From Octopus vulgaris (lineage: Eukaryota): 64,000 nt of DNA. The stretch lies in assembly GCA_951406725.2 (NCBI GenBank), contig OX597815.1:1240001-1304000 (forward strand), written 5' to 3'. Below are positions 38,964-51,306 of the stretch, one piece after another. The translations under genes were made by a program, and so were the position numbers. The number at the start of each line of letters is the position of its first letter. Position 1 is the stretch's first letter. The notes under the pieces are model-generated. The model worked only from the letters and a program-made list of their open reading frames with translations. It had not been told where the DNA came from and did not search any database.

Positions 38964-39044
38964 CTGTGGATGCGTTTCGGAGTCAGATAGATATGAAAAA
39001 ATATGAAAATGCCATCTTTCTATCATTCTCACTCATCAGCTCAG
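38964..39044 (-). ncRNA. Type-I hammerhead motif with extended stem II (Penelope-like remnant, about 38800-39120)
   Basis: Minus: CTGAG-CTGATGA-GTGAGAATGATAGA...TCTATCTGACTCC-GAAA-CGCA-TC-CACAG; intact core boxes, stem I with one mismatch, stem III probably CGCG decayed at a CpG. Confidence 0.55.
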
Positions 39045-39413
39045 TATTTTGAGATTTTAGATTTGAGAGAACTGAAAAAATTGAACAAACTTATCCGAAT
39101 CCAAGTGACATCAGGCAAAACTATATATAATGTCCGCTTTCCATGCTGGCATGGGTTGGATGGTTTGACTGAGGTCTGGAGAACCAGTGGCTGCACAAGT
39201 TTCCAATCTGATCTGGCAGTGTTTCTACTGCTGGATGCCCTTCCTAACGCCAACCACTCTGCGAGTGTAGTGGGTGCTTTTTATGTGCCACTGGTACAGG
39301 GGCCAGTCAGGCAACACTGGCATCAACCATGCTCAAATGGTTCTTTTATGTGCCACCAGCACAAGAGCCAGTCAGGCGACAGTTGCATCAACCAGATGGC
39401 AGTGGCATTGACC

Positions 39414-39448
<35 letters not shown>

Positions 39449-39699
39449 ATATAATTTATATTAAGGTTTTTATAATTGTATTCTTATCTTATATGTATTG
39501 AATTTTAATGAATATATGTATGTTGTTATTTTTATCATTTTGATAATTAAGACACATTCTAATATCCTAAAGCTGATAAACCAACTAATGTGTTTCTCCA
39601 TTTTCTTATTTGTAATATATATATGTATGTATGTATGTATATATATATATATATATACATATATATATACATATATATATACATGCATACATATATACA

Positions 39700-40354
39700 T
39701 GATGGCTGACCCCTCGTTATGGCCATTGCACGAAGCTTAACTGTTACTGGTGCTGTGATCGAATGTGACTTTTATTTGCTTTTTAAGGCTACAGCCAGCC
39801 ATTCAGTTGAGACTCACAGCACCATCAACAATCATGAACAATGTTGTTATCGTGCAATGCCTGTGCAAGAAGATTTTTTTTTAAAGTGAGGAAAGGCTGT
39901 GCACTGAGTCAATCCCACTCACTAAGCAACAGCAGCCATAATCCGAAAAGAAGAACAAGTCAACATCATCGGTAACCACTGAGCCGCACGTTTTATATCG
40001 GAGTCATCCCAGTTACCTGAGTTACCTTCTAGAAGGATGCCCTAACAAAGGCTGGGAGTCCTTCACTCCCAATAATTTAACCACGCGATCGAGTATTCAG
40101 TCCGATTATGTCCCCTCGCATGATACAGCATTAAGCCTTAATAAAAAAAAAATTACCCATTTATTGGATGGCCGTTGACTTTCAAGAGCTCTTCCACCCT
40201 TTGATGGGTTTTGTTTTCCATCCCGCAGGGTGTCCAATAAACACCCTCCTCACCAAGCAAGCTTAGTGGGGTTGCCGGTTTAGTCGCCGACGGCCCGACC
40301 ATGCAACAGGTTGTACTGGATTACATGTTACCAGTAGCACTCGAAAGTGACCTA

Positions 40355-40355
<1 letters not shown>
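39700..40355 (-). mobile_element. CpG-rich non-coding insertion between microsatellites, probably a non-autonomous LINE-derived repeat
   Basis: Sharply higher GC and CpG than flanks, no long ORF, bounded by (TA)n and (CA)n; family assignment and strand are tentative inference. Confidence 0.35.
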
Positions 40356-40392
<37 letters not shown>

Positions 40393-40678
40393 ATAAATAT
40401 TTCAACTATGTATAAACAGTGTTGTTGATGATATACAGCAGTGAAATAAAGGTTGTGATTAGTGAGGATTAGTAGTAATTAAAAAAAAAAAGGAAGTTAA
40501 GTAGGGTTGGTGGGTAAATGGTCGTTGATATATAATCTTGAAGAAAATCTGGAATGTGTGAATGAGTCGCAAGAACTTTGGTAAACATTTTTGCTTCTTT
40601 TTGTGTTGTTAAAATAAATGACATCTTGTAAATAATTCCTGTCCATGTTGAGTAATGGTCAAAATTGGTTTATTTCAG

Positions 40679-40771
40679 ACGCTGTGTATAAGCCGTAATC
40701 TCGAATGCATCCTAAATGTGATGTGTGAAAAGAACCCCTCCCTGAGAATTGCATTAATCCATGTTCTTGAG
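40679..40771 (+). CDS. PTPN13: PTPN13-like coding exon 4 (KIND)
   Basis: tttcag| TLCISRNLECILNVMCEKNPSLRIALIHVLE |gtaaga; matches KIND L..IL..MCE....R; phase 0 to 0. Confidence 0.88.
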
Positions 40772-40940
40772 GTAAGACTACCAAATTCTTTCTACAGAGA
40801 AATGTCTTAAAACATCAACATGCGTTGGTCCCTTTAGTCATATTTTCAAAACTCATTGAGGGAGAGATTGTTGTCAGGCTTATATGTTAAAATGATTTTA
40901 TTTCTGAAGGTTACACACATATATATATATATATATAAAA

Positions 40941-40978
40941 CTGTCTGACGAAAGGGAATGTGAAACTCTGAGTAACAG
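40941..40978 (+). ncRNA. Minimal type-I hammerhead ribozyme motif in a Penelope-like terminal repeat
   Basis: CTGT-CTGACGA-AAGGGAATGT-GAAA-CTCTGAG-TA-ACAG: stem I CTGT/ACAG, intact core, palindromic stem III, GUA cleavage triplet; the copy at 9024-9055 keeps the intact stem II ACG-GGAA-CGT. Confidence 0.68.
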
Positions 40979-41814
40979 CTTTTGTTATATTTCTGCTGCT
41001 TTTAAATAAAGCATATTACTCTACCTCTGGTATTTGAGTACTCTTTTTTCCACCTTGTTTCACATTTATGTGCTTACATCAAGCCAAGTAAAATCGCAGT
41101 CGTGGCAGATACTGGTGTCACACAAATGGCACCTCCTCTGGTGGCATGTAAAAGCACCCACTACACTCTCAGAGTGGTTGGCATTAGGAAGGGCATCCAG
41201 ATGTAGAAGCCATGTTAAATCGGACTGGAGTCTGGTACAACCTTTCAGCGTGCCAGCCCTGGTCAAACCATCCAACCTATGCCAGCATGGACAACAGATG
41301 CTGAAGGATGAGGATATGTATGTATGTTTGGATGTATATATATATATATATACATATATACATACATACATACATATGTATGTATGTATATATGTACGTA
41401 CGAAGCAGTGATACCCATCTGCAAACAGTTAACAGAAGAATTTATTGTCACAGATAAAGACAGTCTGAGTTGACCTTTTACAGTTAACAACAACAGTAAT
41501 TGCAGACTGGAAGAGAGGTACTGCTCGGAGATAACAGAAAGCTGTTGGGGAGCCAGTCATGCGGCACTGGCAACGACCCATGCATGCAAAAGTCTTACCT
41601 TTTCTACCTGCAGCAAGATCTGGAATAGGAAAATATGTTTGAGTGTCTTTCGTTTCATAAAATAACAAAGCAAAGCAAATTCAATTCAAAGCTGTATTTC
41701 CATCGACAAACGTTTCCTTATTCTTCCAACCGGATGATTATTTTCTCATGAATGAGCCAGCTCTTGTGTTCTTGTATTAAGAGAAACTGATTTGAAAACC
41801 ATTTCCTTCAACAG

Positions 41815-41916
41815 GCTTGTTCTCTCCAGTCTCAGAAGCGGGCCTTAAATCGTGCCCCTAGTTTTTCTCAATGTGTCGCACGATTAAACAAATCCGTCAT
41901 GGGCAGTCAAAATGAA
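41815..41916 (+). CDS. PTPN13: PTPN13-like coding exon 5 (end of KIND)
   Basis: tcaacag| ACSLQSQKRALNRAPSFSQCVARLNKSVMGSQNE |gtgagt; similar to PTPN13 ACS...APSFS; phase 0 to 0. Confidence 0.87.
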
Positions 41917-42204
41917 GTGAGTACAATCTCTAATTAGTTTGTTTAAATAAAATACACTTCGTTTACTGTTAGTTTTGTTAATTGTAATTATGAGTACAAA
42001 AAATATATATTGTAATAATGTACAGTGTATAAATGTATAAATATATATTGTATAGCTATTTATTGCATAATGTATAAATATATATATATATTGTAGTATA
42101 ATGTAAATTGTATGACATTACTATAATCCTAACCGTCAACTACTTCACTGTGGCTTGAAACCTCAACCCTAACCACCACTATCTCCTTCACTGTGTCTCC
42201 ACAG

Positions 42205-42400
42205 TTGTCCTACTGGAACTATGATTATTACCACAACAGCAGCAGCGACCAAAGTCGACAAAGCACTCTCAACAGGCGTTCCTTAAAGAGTCGTAAGACA
42301 TCTCGTAAACACAAGCGCCGAAATCCTTATCAGAAAAAAGACCATGACAGGTCACGCTCTCAGTCTCCTGCCAGACAAAGTTCCAGATTACGTAGAAATG
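42205..42400 (+). CDS. PTPN13: PTPN13-like coding exon 6 (basic/Ser-rich linker)
   Basis: ctccacag| LSYWNYDYYHNSSSDQSRQSTLNRRSLKSRKTSRKHKRR...LRRN |gtaagt; open frame, phase 0 to 1. Confidence 0.82.
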
Positions 42401-42729
42401 GTAAGTATTGGTTCCATTTAGAATTTGGTTTGTTATTTGTTTCAATGTTGCAATAATTCTTAACAGAATCACCTGAGACTCTCTGTAAAGTGGTTGGTGC
42501 CAGGAAGGGCGTCCAGCCATAGACCCCAAACTGAAGACTTCAATGAAGCCTGATACAGTCCTATGGTGCAGTGGTTCCTATCAAATTGTCCAACCCATGC
42601 CAGCATGGAAATTGGACATTAAATGATGATGATGTCCATATATGGGCAATGGCTTTGCAGAAGCAATAGACCACTGGATTAAAGGATACTGTCTAGGCTC
42701 ATACTGTAGGCTTATTCCTTGGCCTAGTC

Positions 42730-43160
42730 TGACTCCACCCAGCCTCACTCCACCTAGCCTTACCCCACCCAGCCTCACTCCACCCAGCCTCCCTCCACCC
42801 AGCCTCTCTCTCCCCAATCTCACTCCACCCAACTTCACTCCACCCAGCCTCACTCCACACAACCTCACTCCACCCAACCTCACTCCACTCAACCCAGCCT
42901 CCCTCCACCCAGCCTCCCTCCACCCAGCCTCCCTCTCCTCAACCTCACTCAACCCAGCCTCACTCCACCCAGCCTCTCTCCCCCCCCCAACCTCACTCCA
43001 CCCAACTTCACTCCACCTAGCCTTACCCCACCCAGCCTCACTCCACCCAGCCTCACTCCACCCAGCCTCACTCCACCCAACCTCACTCAACCCAGCCTCA
43101 CTCCACCCAGCCTCACTCAATCTAGCTTTATTCTACTTCATCCAGCTCCACCCAGCCTCT
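42730..43160. repeat. 15-bp minisatellite (CCAGCCTCACTCCAC)n, degenerate, in intron 6
   Basis: Tandem units read directly; explains the spurious SLTPP/HPASL ORFs. Confidence 0.95.
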
Positions 43161-43396
43161 CTTCCCTCGATCTTGCCCTACATCTGCTCGTTATCATTTC
43201 ATAACCCTAATCCTAATTCTGCTTTCATTAACAAAAATACTAATCAATTACCAAAGTTTTTCATTTCGTTAACAGTTTCAAATTTAAATTTAACAATCTG
43301 TAATGGAGAAGTCACATGACATCTGTGCTAAACAATGAATACCCTTTGTTAATTATAATTTCTTGATGTTAAATAATGAGATTCTCTTTATTATAG

Positions 43397-43819
43397 TTGG
43401 ACAAATCGAATCCGATATTGCGTCCAATGTGGACAGAATTTCTCAAATTGCCAGCAATTTTTCTGCCCCTGTCCAACCACCACAAAAAACTGACGACCAA
43501 CTCTCATCATTAAACCTACCAGTTTCATCCACTTCTCCAGCAATCAACACCACATCTCTCTACAGATCCGACACATCGACTGATTCTACCAGTCTGACTT
43601 CATCGAAACATCCACCATCAATTAGTTCTGTATCTGAGGTTCCCAGCCATCTTGCTCACACTCCGGCATATGGCAAATATTTACAACTCAAAGAACGACA
43701 GCGCAAACTACAGGCTGTGCGTCACCACCCCATTGAAGAAGGATGTCTTTGGGCCAGTGATACGTCTGACAGTTATTCCGATACAAGATCAGTTACTTCT
43801 GGTATATCGGCCGTGCAAG
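43397..43819 (+). CDS. PTPN13: PTPN13-like coding exon 7 (linker with coiled-coil motif)
   Basis: ttatag| (V)GQIESDIASNVD...YLQLKERQRKLQAVR...SAVQ |gttagt; ERQRKLQ resembles the PTPN13 ERQKKLQVLR segment; phase 1 to 1. Confidence 0.85.
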
Positions 43820-44076
43820 GTTAGTTATCCTACAGTTTCTCAAATGCTTCTGACTGGTTGTGCAGTTCCACGTCTCAAGACATCTTTGTGATCTTATGTC
43901 GAAGAACTCGTTACAATGTCATTAAGGTGTCTTGAGGTAGTATTCATGTTCCTGTTTACCAAAATGAATTCCGAATAAATAGATTCATTATTGTTAGGAT
44001 TCTTGGTGTTCTGCCACAAATTATTCATTCTCTAAATTTTGGTAAAAATTTGAGTTGAAACGGTTTTATATTTCAG

Positions 44077-44209
44077 GAACTTATTTACCAGATCTCAACA
44101 GTGTCTATGGAAATGATCTGGCCTTTAAGCTTGGACCTCGTGGGTCTGATCGGGACAGCATTATTAGCAGTGAGATGTCTTTTTTCCAACATGAGCCAAA
44201 TTCCATGAG
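44077..44209 (+). CDS. PTPN13: PTPN13-like coding exon 8 (linker)
   Basis: tttcag| (G)TYLPDLNSVYGNDLAFKLGPRGSDRDSIISSEMSFFQHEPNSM |gtaagt; phase 1 to 2 fits both neighbours. Confidence 0.8.
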
Positions 44210-44704
44210 GTAAGTTCAATTAATTTCATCAATTTTATATCAACTCAAAAGAATTTGGCTGTCTGGAGGAAGTGAACAGCTTGAGACCAACATAAACCAC
44301 TTGATTTTTTTTTCCCTATCCAAAGGTTTTTTTAAGCAAATATTTTGCACACAATTATTTATATAGCTTTATCTAATTCAAGTTCCACCATTAAAAATAG
44401 TTTATTAAAATCTTTTGGCAAGATTTTAGCAAAGGATGTTGTTTATTCTTGCAAAAGAAAAAAAAAGGTTCATGTTAAATTTTCTTGAAATATTATTGTT
44501 GTTAGATGACCCACGTTAACTCTTTGAGTAAAAATGAACCAATAAAATGTTTGGAAACAGTTTACAGTTCTAGATATAGGATATTTGGTGTCTTAGTCAA
44601 TGTTAAACGACTAGTCTAGTAGCCCAACCATGGCTATCACCTCTCTGTGTTGCTATATAACTACTGGATAGTTTTATTGTATGTAATTGGTGCATGTGTG
44701 TATG

Positions 44705-44755
<51 letters not shown>

Positions 44756-44902
44756 AACGAAAAATGAGATATCAAAGCATATCATTTAATGTAACCTCTG
44801 TATCAAAATAAGAATTCCTAACAAATTCTTGCCATTGAGACGTGGTTAGGCAGGTTTTTCTAATGTGCCTTGCATCTCCAAACAATCTTTGGGCACATGG
44901 TT

Positions 44903-44940
<38 letters not shown>

Positions 44941-46004
44941 CTAGTGTATAGTTTTAGATTAAAACCTGCTGGATTTGTTTTCAAGAAAGAATTGGTGGTT
45001 TCCTTTTGTTGCAAAGAACTTGAAAGGAAACTTTGATCAGCTCATTTAGGACCAAAGAATATTTTGCTTTTTATTTTGATCAATCCTATTGAGACCAACT
45101 TCGTCTTGTGAAGTCCAACATAATAAGCATTGGTCAATATTGGTATCAGAATGGGAGTGGACTGGCTAAAGTAGTTGAGTGGTGGTTATAATGGGCAGTG
45201 GATTGCTAGAATGGTGGAGAAATTGCCATGCTGGTTGGTAAATTGGCAGAATTGGTAAGGTGAGTGGGAGGGGGTAGAGTGTGCAGTTTTGGAATTTCAT
45301 CTTGACAATCTGATTTCAAATCCGACCAAAGACAACTTTATCTCTTATCCATATATGGTCAATAAAAACATACCAGGAAAATACTAGGGTTCACATAATC
45401 CATTTTATCCCCCCTTTCATTTGATGTGTGCCTTTATTTAAAAGGATTAGTATTATTATTATTATCATTATTATTGAATTAAGCAGGGGATATTTAGTTG
45501 GTTGTAAGCTGTGAAGGAATCCAACGAGTTTTCATTTTATCAAATGAATAGTCACAGCATGGCCCTGTCAACTGGTGTCTTCTACTATGGCCATAGAATG
45601 ACCAATGCCATACCAAGTGAATTATTAGATGGAAAGTTTGTGTGATTTGTCTTTTGTGTTGATGTTTGAAGACTGATTAAAAGACCCAAGTCACTCTTCA
45701 TACAAATAGTGTCCTGTTTATATAATCTTCCACAAAAACATGTCCGGTCATGGAGCTGTTCATTGTTTTGGAGGACAAGAAATACTACCTTGCTTGGAAG
45801 CAGTTGAAGGTTGGTGACAGGAAGAGTATCCAGCTGTAGAAAACCTGTTTCCAACAAGTTTCCTCTGAACGATGCAAGCATGGAAAAGTGGGTCTCCAAA
45901 TTAGGATGATGATAATGGTGGCCATTCATAATTAAATGTTGGGAATATATTTTGCTGTACCATTCCTCTTGAAGTGTATTTACCGTTTTCATTATATTTT
46001 GTAG

Positions 46005-46158
46005 ATCAGAAACTGACCCAACACTGCCCTATGCCCCACCCTCAATAAAAGCAATGGCTGAACATACCCTTGGTACTTCATTGTACAACCAAATTCCTCG
46101 AAGCCCCAGCAGCAGCATTCTTAGCTCCCATGGAGATGATTCCTTCCTCAACACAAAA
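46005..46158 (+). CDS. PTPN13: PTPN13-like coding exon 9 (linker)
   Basis: ttttgtag| (R)SETDPTLPYAPPSIKAMAEHTLGTSLYNQIPRSPSSSILSSHGDDSFLNTK |gtaagt; phase 2 to 0. Confidence 0.8.
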
Positions 46159-47147
46159 GTAAGTGTTTGTTTTATTCAGAAGTCTTTTCATTAGAATTTG
46201 CATCAAGGGTCACCCCCCCCACCACCACCCCCAGTTCTCACATCTTTCCTTCAACCCTATCTTTTCAGTTGTGGCCTCTACCTTTTCCCCCCTCTCCAAT
46301 TTCTCCATCTCCCCCACCACCACCACATATACACATACACTGCAAACCCTCAAACCCACCCATACTCCTAGTTCCTCTCTCCCCCACTCACCTCCTACCT
46401 TCAGGAGCCACTTGGGCCCCTCGTCTCCTCTCTGTACATCTATTTCTTCTTTGCAGCTCCTTCAGAGCATTCTCACTCTCTTCCTTCAATGCAAGTAGCC
46501 CTGTGGCTCCTCTACAACAAGAACCTGCTTTCTGCCTCTTCTCACACTCTGTCCTCGAGCATAAAGCTGTCCCTCTATGAGGGTTCATAATCACTTGTGT
46601 CGGTGGCCCCAGAAAAGCACCTAGGACACAAACCAGACACAGGAGCACAATGCAGTCCATGGGCTTCTTGGATTCTGTCCAACCGTCCAACCGATGCTAG
46701 CATGGGACACAGATGTTGAATGATCGTGATGTTGCTTTAGTGTCATGCTGGAACCAAGTAAAAGACACTTGTGCCAGTTCCATGTAAAATGCACCCAGCA
46801 CACTAGGAAGGGCATCCAACGTTAGAAACCATACCAAAACAGACAAGTGGAGCCTGGTATGGTTCTTGGCCTTGCCAGTTCCTGTCCAACCGTCCAACCC
46901 ATGCCAGCAGGGAAAACAGATGCGTGATGATGATGATGATGATGATGATGATGCAATAGATATAACGTTATATATGATACAGGCACCTGTGCTGATGACA
47001 CGTAAGAGGTACCCGATACATTCTGTGGAGTGGTTGGCATTAGGAAGGGCACTGAGAGACCAAGCCAAAATCAGACTGGAGCTTGGTACAGCTCTCTGGC
47101 TTAGCAGTTCCTGTCCAACCCATGCCAGCAGGGAAAACAGATGCTAA

Positions 47148-47206
<59 letters not shown>

Positions 47207-47548
47207 TGTGAAGTCACATGGCCTAGCAGTTGGGGTATTGCACTCACAATCACTAGAGCATGGGTTCGATTCTTGGACTGGGCAGTGTATTGTGCCCTTG
47301 AGCAAAACACTTCATTTCACATTGCTGCAGTCCACTCAGCTGTAAATAAGGGGTCACCCTGCAACAATCTAGCTTTCTAATCAGGGATAAAGTAGGCCCA
47401 CTTGGCTAGCCAGCGGGGGGGGGGCATCATTTGGAAGCTAAAACAATGCAGTGCTTTTCTGTATTTAAGAGGTGAGGAATTATTTACATTATTTACATTA
47501 TTTACATTTTACATTTGATGGATATTTGTCCTCATCTTGTTTGTTGTT

Positions 47549-47594
47549 AACACAATGTTTCAGCTGATATACTCTCCAGCCTTCATCAGGGGTC
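47549..47594 (-). ncRNA. Hammerhead motif, second copy of the tRNA-headed element (decayed)
   Basis: Minus: GACCC-CTGATGA-A-GGCTG(GAGAGTATAT)CAGCT-GAAA-CATT-GTGTT. Confidence 0.55.
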
Positions 47595-47772
47595 TTGGGG
47601 AAATTTCCCACTTGGGTTCTCATTCCTAAGGTTTTTTAGATATTATTATTATTATTATTCAGGTTACTGCCTGGAATCGAACTCAGAAGTGCATTGTGAC
47701 CAATGATGTGTAACCGCGTTTTATATAATCTGGTCAATACTGTGGTATTACATATATAACGTATATGATAAA

Positions 47773-48172
47773 CTAGCTATATCGCCCGGCGTTGCTCGGG
47801 TTTGTAAGGGAAATAACTATATAAGCATTTTTAGAGATGTAAAGTATAATAGCCATCTCAATATGGCTAACCACAAAGGGGGAGGGGTTGTTACTGTAGC
47901 TTTTTACGTTCTGAGATTTAATAATAAACTTTTAGAGAGTTACTTCCCTTATATATGCCAAAAATGCATTAAAAATGGGAAAAATTGATAGTAAATTTTT
48001 TTTTAAATCGTAGACTCATCGTAGACGCGCGCTAATAACCAGAAGGGCTCGATATGAATCAGGACTATAAGATGCCCGGTTTTGGTTAAACTGCACCGCA
48101 AAATGTGGGAGTAGTTAGGAATCTAAATCGTAGGAGACAGACAGCACACAACCTCACTTTTATATATAAAGA
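47773..48172 (-). mobile_element. Non-autonomous Helitron (400 bp)
   Basis: Minus strand starts A|TCTTTATATATAAAA and ends CCCGAGCAACGCCGGG (hairpin) CGATATAG CTAG|T: 5' TC, 3' hairpin plus CTAG, insertion between A and T, no TSD. Confidence 0.8.
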
Positions 48173-50178
48173 TATATTTTCATGAGAGACACAAATGCAA
48201 CAGAAGGGCGAGTAATATGTCATGGGAGACAACTGTGAAGGAGAAAAAAATGAGGTTACGATGAAGCTGTGAGTTCAAATGCTGCTTAGGTTGACTTTAC
48301 CTGTCATTCTTTCAGGGTCAGTCAAATAAAGTACCAGTCAAGTACTGAGGTTGATATAATTGACTGACCCCTACCTCTCAAAATTACTGACCTTGTGTGA
48401 AAAATTGAAACCATTTTTAATTCACCCCCACCCCCACCCCCAAGTACCCTTTCTGCTATCTTGTTACCTTTTCATGAGATTTCCTCCATAAACTCACCAG
48501 AGTTTGCTCACAAAGACTTTGGCTAGTATTCCTTTATCCCCTAAGGTGGAAAGCTGGCAGAATCCTTAGGATGCTGGGGGAAATGCTGAACAGAATTTTG
48601 TCTGTCCCCAGTGTTCTGAGTTCAAATTCTGTTGAGATTGATTTTGTTTTTCATTCTTTCAGGGTTGATAAAATAAATACCAGTCATACATTGGGGTTGA
48701 TTTAATCAACTTAGCCCATCCCTTGAAATTCCTGGTCATGGCCCGACATTTGAACATGTTAGGAAGGGCATCCAGCTGTAGAAACACTGCCAGATCAGAC
48801 AGGGCCTGGTGCAGCCTTCTGGCTTGCCAGACCCCAGTTGAACTGTCCAACCCATGCCAGCATGGAAAACGGACGTTAAATGATGATGATGATTATTAAA
48901 TGATGATGATTATGATATATATATATATACACACTCTGTGCTTGAGGAGACCTATTGAGTCAAGTACATCAACATCAAAAAATCAAATGGAAATTGCAGT
49001 TGTGGTACCTGTGCCGGTGGCACGTAAAATGCACCATCCGAACATGGCCAATGCCAGCGCCACCTTGACTGGCTTCCATGCTGGTGGCACGTAAAAGGCA
49101 TCAACTGTCCGTGGCCGTTTCTAGCCTCCTCTGGCCCCTGTACTGACGGCACGTAAAAAGCACCCACTACACTCACGGAGTGGTTGGCATTAGGAAGGGC
49201 ATCCAGCTGTAGAAACATTACCAGATCAGACTGGAGCCTGGCTTCCCAGACCCTGGTTGAACTGTCCAACCCATGCTAGCATGGAAAACAGACGTTAAAC
49301 GATGATGATGACGACGACGACAACTATTATTATTATTATCATTATTATTATTAAAGGTAGCGAGCTGGCAGAATCGTTAGCGTGATGGGCAAGATGCCTG
49401 GTGGTATTTTGTTGTCTGCAAAGTCAACTTTGCCTTTCACCCTTTCGGGATCAATAAAAGTCGGTACCAGTTGGGCCCTGGGTTTTCCACTGAAATTGCT
49501 GGTCTTGTGTGCCAAGATTTGAACTCGTTATTCCTTCGTCTCCTACAAACTCACCTTCCTTCCAAGTTAGACTGGATTTCGGTAGAAACTAGTTATCAAC
49601 TGACAGCAGAATATCAAAGGATCAAATTCAATTTTTATCATTAAATATTTTGTCCAACCCATGCCAGCATGGAAAGCAAATGGAAAATAAGCTCATCATT
49701 AAAACTTAATTAAATATTTTTATCAAAACACTGAAGATGTAAAAAAAATTTTTAAATGAGTAACTTTATGGTTTTGACTAATTATGATTTGTGAATTAAT
49801 TAAAATTGTTCTGTCTTTGAGATCCCTTTCATCATCTGTAATTGTTCCTCTCCATTGTGACATATTTTGGGGCAAACCTTAATAGGAGTCAGTGACTGAT
49901 CTTTCCTGAAATTAGACTAAACTTTCTGGGCACAGTTTATATCCCTGCAGTGTTTGTGTTGTTGTTTAACACTGAGTCATTCCAGATGAGTAAACCTATG
50001 ATCAAAGACATTTTGGCCATGACCACCCAGACTGCATTATCTAATGGCTCTTTCTCCCAGCAGATCAAGTCCCTTTACAGAGTCTGCTTATATGGTAATT
50101 CTGTGAAGTCATCAATTTCTAAATTAGACAATTAATCAATTTTTATGATTTTATTTTTTTTATTTTGCTATGTTTTAG

Positions 50179-50253
50179 GAATCTAATGGTCCAGAATTTA
50201 TTTGTCGAGGACGGAAACCATTAATCAGATTGAATACTCCACTTGTTGGAGAG
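50179..50253 (+). CDS. PTPN13: PTPN13-like coding exon 10 (pre-FERM GPEF motif)
   Basis: ttttag| ESNGPEFICRGRKPLIRLNTPLVGE |gtgagc; a GPEF motif precedes FERM in PTPN13/FRMPD2; phase 0 to 0. Confidence 0.85.
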
Positions 50254-50282
50254 GTGAGCAATTACTTTCATTGTCTTTAAGT

Positions 50283-50319
<37 letters not shown>

Positions 50320-50320
50320 T

Positions 50321-50364
<44 letters not shown>

Positions 50365-51306
50365 TAAGCTGCAACATAAAATGGTTGTTTTTTTCTCAGA
50401 CACTGTTGTTGTGTACCTGTGTGTTGCTATGGTTGTGTTGAATTATGTCAGCAGCAAACTGTCTTTTCAATTCACCTTTCCTACACACCTTGTATGCATG
50501 TATGTATGTAAGCAGGTGTGTGTGTGGCTCTATGTTCATGTCTATGTTTTGTTTGTGTGTATTTGTATTTTCATTTATCTCCATTTGCTTTTTTTTTTCT
50601 CTTTTTCTCCCATTAAGTAACCAAGGGGTGTTGCATTCAATTTTTAGGGTCAAACATTGAACTGCTGTTCACCTAATTGATAAGTTACCAAACCCCTTAA
50701 TGACTTCTGTTCTTTGGTCTTTGCTTCTCTTGACTCAAATAAATCTGAGATAATTCTGAAAGAGAATAGAAAGAAATTGCTTTAGAAAGAATGGTCAAGG
50801 GATTAGAGTGGATTATCAGATTGATGTTAATAAAGAACAGATTAGAGAAGATAAGTGGATGTGGTTCCTACATTTTTACTGAAGATGATCCTCTTGTAAT
50901 ATAAGCGTTGCAATTTAGGGTATTAAACATGTACCCGAGTGGCAGGTAAGCATGGTTTGGGGATTCGACTCATGATTGTAAGGTCATGAGTTCAATTCCC
51001 ATCATTGCATTGTGTCCCTGAGCAAGACATTTTTTCCACTTCTACTCCAGTCCACTCAACTGGCAAAAATGAGTTGTACCAGTAATTCACAAGGGGCCAG
51101 CCTTGTCCCATTCTGTGTCATGCTGAATCTCCCTGAGAACTACGTGAAGGGTATGCAGCATGTCTGTGGAGTACTCAGCCACTTGCGTGTTAATTGCATG
51201 AGCAGGCTGTTCCATTGATCGCATCAACCGGAACCCTTATTGTCACAGCTGACTGAGTACCAGGCCTGAGTGACAGTGTGAGGAAGAGGGAGAGAGAAAG
51301 AGAGGA

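Noticed and set aside
39700-39745. Possible HDV-like ribozyme (GATGGCT/GGCCATT P1 with CCTCG)
   Set aside because: Only 13 nt between P1 strands, too short for P2, P3 and L3; no P1.1/P4 arrangement visible
42581-43319. Pentapeptide-repeat or extensin-like ORFs on both strands
   Set aside because: Translation of a 15-bp intronic minisatellite
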